Below are positions 1 through 6,901 of a stretch of 32,000 nt of DNA, one piece after another. The position numbers and the translations under genes were made by a program. The notes under the pieces were generated by a model that made no database searches, was not told the DNA's origin, and saw only the letters and a program-made list of their open reading frames with translations. How positions within the stretch are numbered: the stretch's first letter is position 1; every line of letters starts with the position of its first letter. Location of the stretch: contig NZ_CP195536.1 of the NCBI RefSeq assembly GCF_051307035.1, forward strand, positions 420,001 to 452,000, read 5' to 3'. The stretch is from Psychrobacter sp. DM4 (GTDB lineage Bacteria > Pseudomonadota > Gammaproteobacteria > Pseudomonadales > Moraxellaceae).

Positions 1-765
1 TATAAGCCGTTTAGCTATACGGATGCTGATGGTAAATTGATCGGCTATGAGATCGAACTGATAGATGCTCTATGCGCGCAAATGAAAGCGGACTGTGACG
101 TGATCTCACAAGACTGGGATGGCCTAATTCCTGGTCTCAATGCACAAAAATTCGATGCCATTATTGCTGGTATGTCGATTACCCCTGAGCGTCAAGAAGT
201 CATTCAATTCTCTGATCCTTACTTTTATAGCAGCATTGTCTTAATCGGTAAAAAGGGCGATGACATTACTATTGACGCGCTTAGCGGTCAACCTATTGGC
301 TCTCAGCGTGCGACGGTATCATCACAGTACTTGCAAGACGAGCACGCCGATGCTGATATCAAGCTTTATGATACGCAAGACAACGCCTATTTAGATCTAA
401 CCTCAGGTCGCACGCGCGCAATGATGTCAGACAAGGTCACCGGTCTTGATTGGTTAAAGACTGAAGCAGGTCAGAACTACGAAATCAAAGGTGCTGAGAT
501 TAGCACTGATGAAGACGCCATGGGTATTGGTTTTCGTAAAGACGATGCCTTGGTTGCTAAATTCAACAAAGCACTTAGTGAGCTTAAAGCCAATGGCACT
601 TACGAGCAAATCACAGGAAGCTATTTTGGTACTAGCTCAACTGCCGTAGCTCAGCAAGCGACTGCTAATAACAGTGTAGAAAAAGTGGTCGTCATTGATG
701 ATGGCAGCGTAGATGGTAATGCACTAATCGCTGAAGAAGAGCAAGCAGAAGCGATGGCTAACTAA
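1..765 (+). CDS. Amino-acid ABC transporter substrate-binding protein (LAO/HisJ/ArtJ-like), 5' end outside window
   Basis: Frame 1 is open from nt 1 (YKPFSYTDADGKLIGYEIEL...), so the listed TTG at 37 is internal. Family signatures are the Cys pair CAQMKADC, DWDGLIPGL and GMSITPER. Stop is TAA at 763-765. It carries an atypical 44-aa acidic/low-complexity C-terminal tail. Confidence 0.8.
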   Translation, partial: YKPFSYTDADGKLIGYEIELIDALCAQMKADCDVISQDWDGLIPGLNAQKFDAIIAGMSITPERQEVIQFSDPYFYSSIVLIGKKGDDITIDALSGQPIGSQRATVSSQYLQDEHADADIKLYDTQDNAYLDLTSGRTRAMMSDKVTGLDWLKTEAGQNYEIKGAEISTDEDAMGIGFRKDDALVAKFNKALSELKANGTYEQITGSYFGTSSTAVAQQATANNSVEKVVVIDDGSVDGNALIAEEEQAEAMAN

Positions 766-792
766 ATTTTGGATTGAATATCAAGGATGATC

Positions 793-1593
793 ATGACAAA
801 GACTTTTGCATCACTGATAGCGATGACAGCTTTGGCTTTGGTAGGTTGTAGTAACAGTCAAGACAACGCAGGTACCAATACTGAATCAATAGACACCGCT
901 GCCAACAAGGACGATGTCTTACGCGTGGCAACAGAAGGTGCTTATGCGCCTTTTAACTATACCAATGCTGATGGCTCTTTGGGCGGCTTTGATGTCGATA
1001 TGGCAAACGCTATTTGTGAGGAGATGAAAGTTACTTGTGAGATTGTGGCACAAGATTGGGACGGGATTATTCCAGGTCTCAAGGCGGGCAAATATGACGC
1101 TATTGTCGCCGCAATGTCAGTGACACCAGAGCGCGCACAACAAGTGAGCTTCACCGATCCCTATTTTAGCAATACTCTAGTGTTTTTGGCCAAAAAAGAC
1201 AGCAGCTTCGATCCTAGCAATCCTGATGATATCAATACTAATGCTATTGCCGCTCAGCGCTCAACGATCTCATCACAGTGGTTAGAGGGTGAGTATCCTC
1301 AAGCTAATATACGGTTGTATGACACGCTGAGTAACGCATTTTTGGATTTAGGGTCAGGACGTGTCGATGCGATGGTCTCTGACAAACTGCCTGCTATCGA
1401 ATGGCTAAGCTCAGAATCTGGTAGCAGTTATGTGCTAAAAGGCGATGAGATCGACATCAAAGATAACTTTGCGATAGCGGTGCGCCCAGGGGATGAGCTA
1501 GAAGGTAAGATTAATCAGGCGTTAGCAAACATAAAAGCAGACGGTACTTATGATGCGCTAAACGATAAATATTTTTCAGTAGGTATGCAGTAG
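793..1593 (+). CDS. Amino-acid ABC transporter substrate-binding lipoprotein (paralog of the upstream gene)
   Basis: It aligns by eye with the upstream SBP through YAPFNYTNADG, the Cys pair CEEMKVTC, DWDGIIPGL and AMSVTPER. The signal peptide has lipobox LVGC (Cys codon 847-849). AAGGA at 783-787 favours ATG 793 over ATG 787. Confidence 0.8.
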   Translation: MTKTFASLIAMTALALVGCSNSQDNAGTNTESIDTAANKDDVLRVATEGAYAPFNYTNADGSLGGFDVDMANAICEEMKVTCEIVAQDWDGIIPGLKAGKYDAIVAAMSVTPERAQQVSFTDPYFSNTLVFLAKKDSSFDPSNPDDINTNAIAAQRSTISSQWLEGEYPQANIRLYDTLSNAFLDLGSGRVDAMVSDKLPAIEWLSSESGSSYVLKGDEIDIKDNFAIAVRPGDELEGKINQALANIKADGTYDALNDKYFSVGMQ

Positions 1594-1640
1594 CTTACTA
1601 TAAAAAGTAGTTACTAATTTACAGCTTGCTGAGCGACCAT

Positions 1641-1675
1641 AAAAAAGACATTGCCATTTTGGTGATGTCTTTTTT
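1641..1675 (+). terminator. Rho-independent terminator/attenuator between SBP genes and permease genes
   Basis: An 11-bp stem pairs AAGACATTGCC (1645-1655) with GGTGATGTCTT (1661-1671), including 2 G-U pairs, around a 5-nt loop. A T-run follows to 1675 and an A-run precedes the stem. Confidence 0.65.
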
Positions 1676-1892
1676 GTATGGAGACGATAACATAGCGTCA
1701 CTGGTATATGATAAAATCAGCGCTCAGTTTATTATGCAAGTCGTTAGGGTTTAAGCGCGCTTTTATTAAGCGGTCATTTAGCGTGTTATAAACGCGTTTC
1801 TAGGGACTGTATTAAGATTAAGCAAAATCAAGATGAAGCGAATATTTCCTTTAATATCTTATTGATAACATAACGAGAATAAGTGAATAATT

Positions 1893-2627
1893 GTGTTTGA
1901 CTTACAAGGATTTGGCGCGCTACTACTGAGCGGTGCCACCGTTACTATCAAGCTTGCGGTAACCAGCCTTATTATCGGTATGGTTCTAGGATTGATGGGT
2001 GCAACGGCAAAGCTGTCTGATGTCTGGATACTGCGTAAGCTTGCGACGGTATATACCGCGACGATGCGTGGTATTCCTGAGCTGCTATTGGTGCTGTTTA
2101 TTTATTATGGCGGCTCCATCTTGCTGATGAGCATTCTCAAAAGATTTGGCTATAACGAGTACGTTGAGGTCAGTGCGTTTTGGGGTGGCGTCATGGCTTT
2201 GTCTATCGCTTTTGGGGCTTATGCTACTGAGATTTTTCGGATGTCGATCCAAGAGATTCCGGTCGGTCAAAGCGAAGCGGCTCAAGCGGTCGGTATGCGT
2301 CCTTTTCAGATATTTTACCGGGTTACTTTGCCGCAAGTTTGGCAAATTGCATTGCCAGGTTTGGGTAACTTATTCTTAGTCCTACTCAAAGATACCGCTC
2401 TGGTCTCTGTCGTCGGTCTCAAAGATATCATGTATCAGTCCTCGCGTGCTGCGCAGTCGACGCAGCAGCCTTTTACCTTTTATATGGCGGCGGCGATTAT
2501 CTATTTAGGTCTTACCATGATTATTACAGGCTTTATGCTTTGGCTTGAATGGCGCGCTAATCCAGCAGCGCGCTACGCCAAAAAACTCAGCCGTCAATCC
2601 GCCCCTAGCCAACCGATCGCAAAGTAG
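1893..2627 (+). CDS. Amino-acid ABC transporter permease, HisQ-like
   Basis: 244-aa polytopic membrane protein. It has the EAA-type loop (EAAQAVGMRPFQIFYRVTLPQ) typical of polar amino-acid uptake permeases. GTG start. Confidence 0.8.
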   Translation: MFDLQGFGALLLSGATVTIKLAVTSLIIGMVLGLMGATAKLSDVWILRKLATVYTATMRGIPELLLVLFIYYGGSILLMSILKRFGYNEYVEVSAFWGGVMALSIAFGAYATEIFRMSIQEIPVGQSEAAQAVGMRPFQIFYRVTLPQVWQIALPGLGNLFLVLLKDTALVSVVGLKDIMYQSSRAAQSTQQPFTFYMAAAIIYLGLTMIITGFMLWLEWRANPAARYAKKLSRQSAPSQPIAK

Positions 2628-2639
2628 AGGAAACAGACT

Positions 2640-3365
2640 ATGGATTGGAATTGGCAAGTTATTTTTGAGCACATACCAGACCTTTTAGGCGGCGCGGTGT
2701 TGACGGTACAGTTGGTCGTAGTCTCAGGTATTATCGGACTATTTTTTGGTTTAGTACTAGCGCTACTGCGTTTATCCAAGAGCTGGCTCGTACAAATATT
2801 ACCCTTTTTGTATATTTTCTTTTTTCGTGGCACGCCATTACTAGTACAGATATTCTTGATTTATTACGGACTGGGTCAGTTTGAATGGGTACGCGAATCA
2901 TTCCTTTGGGATCCAGTACTCAGCCAAGCTTATTGGTGCGCTATTATTGCCTTTACTCTAAACACTAGCGCCTATTTAGCAGAGATTATTCGCGGTGCTA
3001 TTCAGACCATTCCTATCGGCGAGCTTGAAGCGGCTGATGCCATCGGTATGTCTAAGTGGCAAAAACTGACGCGCATTACTTTACCGCGTGCTTTTGGTAT
3101 TGTTATTCCCGCTTATAGTAACGAAGTTATTTTTATGCTCAAAGGTAGTGCATTAGCTTCGACTATTGCGCTGATGGACATTACAGGCGTTGCTCGTACG
3201 ATTAGCGCGCGTACTTATACTCTAATGGAACTCTTCTTTGCAGCGGGTATTGTTTACCTTCTACTATCGTGGGTTATTTTGTTCAGCTTTAGGCTTTTTG
3301 AGAAGAGAATGAATCGCCATGCAAGTTACGTCCCACCAGATGTCATGACCAATACGATTCCATAA
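2640..3365 (+). CDS. Amino-acid ABC transporter permease, HisM-like
   Basis: 241-aa membrane protein with EAA loop (EAADAIGMSKWQKLTRITLPRA). GAGGAA Shine-Dalgarno lies 7 nt upstream. The gene starts 13 nt after the preceding permease. Confidence 0.8.
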   Translation: MDWNWQVIFEHIPDLLGGAVLTVQLVVVSGIIGLFFGLVLALLRLSKSWLVQILPFLYIFFFRGTPLLVQIFLIYYGLGQFEWVRESFLWDPVLSQAYWCAIIAFTLNTSAYLAEIIRGAIQTIPIGELEAADAIGMSKWQKLTRITLPRAFGIVIPAYSNEVIFMLKGSALASTIALMDITGVARTISARTYTLMELFFAAGIVYLLLSWVILFSFRLFEKRMNRHASYVPPDVMTNTIP

Positions 3366-3408
3366 TGAATGATAGATAATAATATAGCGATAATCGCTAA
3401 AGTAAGAG

Positions 3409-4095
3409 ATGAGTATGACCCAATCACTAGCAACATCTTTAGATCAAAGTAATTCTGATCATAATCTACGTAATGCCATTGGAAAAGTCGTTTGTGTCGG
3501 TCGCAATTATGCCGCGCACGCCGCTGAGCTTGGTAATGAGATACCTAGCGCACCGATGCTATTTATGAAGCCATCCTCTTCGGTGATCTCTATAGAGCAA
3601 GACATTATTCGTCCCAGCCCAAAAGTCTATGGCGAGACCCATTATGAGACGGAGTTGTGTATTCAGCTAGCAACAGATCTGCATGCAGCGACTGCTGAAC
3701 AAGCTAGACAAGCGATAGGCGGGGTAACTTTGGGCCTTGATTTGACCTTGCGAGAGCTTCAAAGCGCGCTCAAAGCCAAAGGTCATCCTTGGGAGCGTGC
3801 CAAGTGTTTCGATGGCGCGTGCGTACTTGGCGATTGGCTCGATCCAAAGGAGTTTGGAGATTTTACGCAAGTACATTATCAATTGCATATCAATAATACA
3901 CTGACGCAAGATGGTGATAGTGCCTTGATGCTGTTCTCGGTTTATGATTTGCTCGCTGATATTAGCCATGCTTTTAGCTTGCAAGCTGGTGATGTCATTA
4001 TGACTGGTACGCCAAGTGGCGTTGGTGCGTTAAACTTAGGTGATAAGCTAAAGCTAGTATTAGGCAGGCATGAGTGGCAGACGCGCGTGCAATAG
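3409..4095 (+). CDS. ycgM: Fumarylacetoacetate-hydrolase-family protein, YcgM/FAHD1-like (oxaloacetate decarboxylase/tautomerase type)
   Basis: 228 aa. From memory it is collinear with E. coli YcgM: KVVCVGRNYAAHA, PMLFMKP, metal-binding HYETEL, LDLTLRE, PWERAKCFD, GDVIMTGTPSGVG. Confidence 0.7.
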   Translation: MSMTQSLATSLDQSNSDHNLRNAIGKVVCVGRNYAAHAAELGNEIPSAPMLFMKPSSSVISIEQDIIRPSPKVYGETHYETELCIQLATDLHAATAEQARQAIGGVTLGLDLTLRELQSALKAKGHPWERAKCFDGACVLGDWLDPKEFGDFTQVHYQLHINNTLTQDGDSALMLFSVYDLLADISHAFSLQAGDVIMTGTPSGVGALNLGDKLKLVLGRHEWQTRVQ

Positions 4096-4133
4096 CATTA
4101 CTTTCAATAAACATTTGCTGTCCTAGAGTAGAG

Positions 4134-4163
4134 AATCCTAAGCCAAAGCTTGGGATTTTTTTT
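4134..4163 (+). terminator. Rho-independent terminator after ycgM-like gene
   Basis: 10-bp stem AATCCTAAGC / GCTTGGGATT (one G-U pair), loop CAAA, then a T8 run. Confidence 0.7.
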
Positions 4164-4181
4164 GAATAAAGCTTTATACAA

Positions 4182-4199
4182 ATGTCATTGTATTGTCAT
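4182..4199 (+). promoter_or_regulatory. Pho box (PhoB binding site) upstream of phoX
   Basis: The sequence is ATGTCAT-TGTA-TTGTCAT. That is two 7-bp direct repeats at 11-bp spacing, each 6/7 to the E. coli CTGTCAT half-site. A candidate -10 (TAGACT, 4210-4215) lies 10 bp downstream, the usual Pho-promoter geometry. Confidence 0.6.
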
Positions 4200-4299
4200 G
4201 AACGCTCAGTAGACTCAAGTGTAACTCGCATGTTTGTAGTGGTAATCACCAGAATGCGGACTGATCCTTTCATACTAATCCAGACTAACAACAGGGTGA

Positions 4300-6519
4300 A
4301 TGATGATGACATTACTGAATAATAAGCAAAATCTTGCATGCGAAGTCGTTGAAGATTCTAATTCTACCAATAATGTTGAATTTCAAACGATTATCAACCG
4401 TCGCATGAACCGCCGTAGTGTCCTAAAAGGGGGCACAGGATTGACAGCTGCCGCTTTTTTTGGCGCATTACCTTTGGTTGGGTGTAGTGACGACGATGAT
4501 AGCAGTATCGTTAGTGATAACAACACTGCAGCTATCCCCGCGCAGGGTGATTTAAAGCGTCCTGAGACCTTAAAATTTGAGGCGGTGGCGCATTCAACGG
4601 CTGAGACTATGAGTGTGGCTGAGGGCTATAAAGCTGAGATGATATTGCCACTGGGTACGCCATTGATGTCTGGTATTGAGGACTGGAGGGACAACCGTGA
4701 GCAGTCGGCAGAGTCGTTTGAGTGGCGTATGGGTGACAACCATGATGGCATGTGGTTTTTTGGCAAAAAGGGCAGTGCTTACGACCCAAAGGCGTCAGAT
4801 AACGGTCTGCTAGTCATGAATCATGAGTACGTCAATAGTAGCGAGCTCAGCCCCTTTGGTTATTATGTCAGTCAAGATAATAACGCGGCACCTATCTTTA
4901 AAGACCGCCGCCTTGCCAGCGACATACGCCGCGAAGTCAATTGTCATGGGGTCGCGGTAGTTGAGATGACGCGCCGCGCTGATGGCATGGGCTACGAGAT
5001 GGTACTTGATTCTAAATACAATCGCCGTATCACCAGTAGTACAACCGCGCAATTGACAGGTCCTGTGGCAGGCTCTGATTGGGTCAAGACCAAGTTTGAT
5101 CCTACAGGCTTTGAGACTCGAGGTATCAATAATAATTGCGGCGCAGGACTATCACCTTGGGGTACTTATTTGACCACAGAGGAGAACTTCCTTGGCGTCT
5201 TTGCTCGTGGACAAGATGCTAGCCAATTAACCGCTGCTCAGAACTATGGCCGCGAGCGTTATGGCGCGACAGAGAACTTTGCCAGTTGGGGTTATTTGTG
5301 GCATACCCCTGATGACAAGGACGCCACAATCAGTGATGAGTTCTCACGTTGGGATATGACCGCATCGGGTGTAACCGCAGCGGAGGATTATCGCAATGTC
5401 TTTAATACGTTTGGTTATATGACCGAGATTGACCCTTTCAATCCAACTGCTACACCAAAAAAACGCACCGCCTTGGGACGTTTTGCTCATGAAAACTGCG
5501 CTTATGCACCTGTCAAGCAAGGTCAACCCGTCGTGTTTTATATGGGCGACGATGCTAGGGGCGAGTATATCTATAAGTTTGTCTCCACAGCTCTGTGGTC
5601 AAATAGCGATATCGGCGGTGGTCTGACAGCGGGTGATAAGTATATGAATGAGGGTACGCTATACGTTGCAATCTTCAACGAAGACGGTAGCGGTGAGTGG
5701 AAAGCGCTGATTCATGGTCAAAATGGTTTAGACAATACTAATAGCGTATTGCCATTTAACGGACAAGACGAGGTACTCATCTTTGCACGCGCTGCGGCGG
5801 ATGCATTGGGTGCAACTAAAATGGATCGCCCTGAATGGGTATCGGTCAGCCCCATCACAGGGGAGGTCTATGTCACCTTGACCAATAATAAATATCGCGG
5901 CGTGCGTGATGATCAGCCTGTATCAGCGGCCAATCCGCGCAGCTATGATGCTGGCGGTAGAGCACGTGGCAATGATAATGGTCATATCATTCGCTGGGCA
6001 GAAGCAGGTGGCGACCATACTGCAACTCGCTTTGAGTGGGATATTTATCTGTTTGGTGCGCCAAGTGATCTAGTCGCAGAGAATCTATCTGGTTTAAATG
6101 ATAGTAATGACTTTTCTTCACCAGATGGGCTGTACTTTGATCCTCGTGGTGTATTGTGGATTCAGACGGATGATGGCGCTTATACCGATACCAGTAGCTG
6201 TATGCTGCTCGCGGCGCTACCGGGTAAAGTACGCGATGGCGCAGTTATGACCACTTCGGCAGGACAGCAGACCCAAGTCGGTATCTCTGCCAGTAATGAC
6301 ACTATCAAACGCTTCTTTGTTGGACCTGAAGGCTGCGAGGTTACTGGCATTACGATGACGCCAGATTTTAAGACCTTATTTATTAATATTCAGCATCCGG
6401 GTAATATTTGGGGCGCTGTCACTGGTGGTAGTACACCACGCTCAGCCACCGTTATGATTACTAAAGAAGATGGTGATGTGATACTGGCAGAATCCTTAAT
6501 GCCAGCTACTTCAGTCTAA
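4300..6519 (+). CDS. phoX: PhoX-family alkaline phosphatase (DUF839), Tat signal plus lipobox
   Basis: 739 aa. The twin-arginine motif NRRSVLKG is followed by a hydrophobic segment and LVGC (Cys codon 4483-4485). PhoX-like motifs are NNCGAGLSPWGTYLTTEEN, LGRFAHENCAY, MDRPEW and PDGLYFD. AGGGTG Shine-Dalgarno precedes the ATGATGATG start. Confidence 0.8.
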   Translation: MMMTLLNNKQNLACEVVEDSNSTNNVEFQTIINRRMNRRSVLKGGTGLTAAAFFGALPLVGCSDDDDSSIVSDNNTAAIPAQGDLKRPETLKFEAVAHSTAETMSVAEGYKAEMILPLGTPLMSGIEDWRDNREQSAESFEWRMGDNHDGMWFFGKKGSAYDPKASDNGLLVMNHEYVNSSELSPFGYYVSQDNNAAPIFKDRRLASDIRREVNCHGVAVVEMTRRADGMGYEMVLDSKYNRRITSSTTAQLTGPVAGSDWVKTKFDPTGFETRGINNNCGAGLSPWGTYLTTEENFLGVFARGQDASQLTAAQNYGRERYGATENFASWGYLWHTPDDKDATISDEFSRWDMTASGVTAAEDYRNVFNTFGYMTEIDPFNPTATPKKRTALGRFAHENCAYAPVKQGQPVVFYMGDDARGEYIYKFVSTALWSNSDIGGGLTAGDKYMNEGTLYVAIFNEDGSGEWKALIHGQNGLDNTNSVLPFNGQDEVLIFARAAADALGATKMDRPEWVSVSPITGEVYVTLTNNKYRGVRDDQPVSAANPRSYDAGGRARGNDNGHIIRWAEAGGDHTATRFEWDIYLFGAPSDLVAENLSGLNDSNDFSSPDGLYFDPRGVLWIQTDDGAYTDTSSCMLLAALPGKVRDGAVMTTSAGQQTQVGISASNDTIKRFFVGPEGCEVTGITMTPDFKTLFINIQHPGNIWGAVTGGSTPRSATVMITKEDGDVILAESLMPATSV

Positions 6520-6523
6520 AACT

Positions 6524-6606
6524 ATGCTCCATAAAATTACGCCCCATAAAGTTATGCTCCATAAAGTTATGCTCCATAAAGTTATGCTCCATAAAGCTAT
6601 GCTCTA
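6524..6606. repeat. 15-bp tandem repeat, about 5.5 copies (consensus ATGCTCCATAAAGTT)
   Basis: Copies start at 6524, 6539, 6554, 6569 and 6584, with a partial copy at 6599. Copies 3 and 4 are identical and the others differ by 1-3 nt. The array begins 5 nt after the phoX stop. Confidence 0.9.
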
Positions 6607-6631
6607 ACTCCAATAAATAATCTATGCATCC

Positions 6632-6669
6632 AAAAAATCTCAAGTTACGACTTGGGATTTTTCATTTTT
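6632..6669. terminator. Rho-independent terminator (A-tract/T-tract flanked) after phoX and the repeat array
   Basis: 10-bp stem AATCTCAAGT (6636-6645) / ACTTGGGATT (6650-6659), loop TACG. It is preceded by A6 and followed by a T-rich run. Confidence 0.65.
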
Positions 6670-6736
6670 AAAATACATACCAATAATGTCAATTTATCCT
6701 AAGACAGGGTGTTTTTATCAACATAAAACCGTCGTT

Positions 6737-6763
6737 TAGACGATATAGACGATATAGACGATG
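6737..6763. repeat. 9-bp tandem repeat x3 (TAGACGATA)
   Basis: TAGACGATA TAGACGATA TAGACGATG, read directly from the sequence, about 140 bp upstream of the hydrolase start. Confidence 0.85.
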
Positions 6764-6901
6764 CAAGCAAATAAGCAATGAGGCTAAGCTACGAGTACTT
6801 GTAGTAACAAACACACTTGTGAGTCAATGCATTTTCTTCTCTTTGCCGGCGTTAAAAGCTAGTATATAAGATACCCTATAATCGCTGAGCACCTCATCAT
6901 C

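Noticed and set aside
1-3365. First ABC transporter has binding proteins and permeases but no ATPase gene downstream.
   Set aside because: The window starts inside the first SBP gene. An ATPase could lie upstream (ATPase-first order is common), so absence cannot be claimed from this window.
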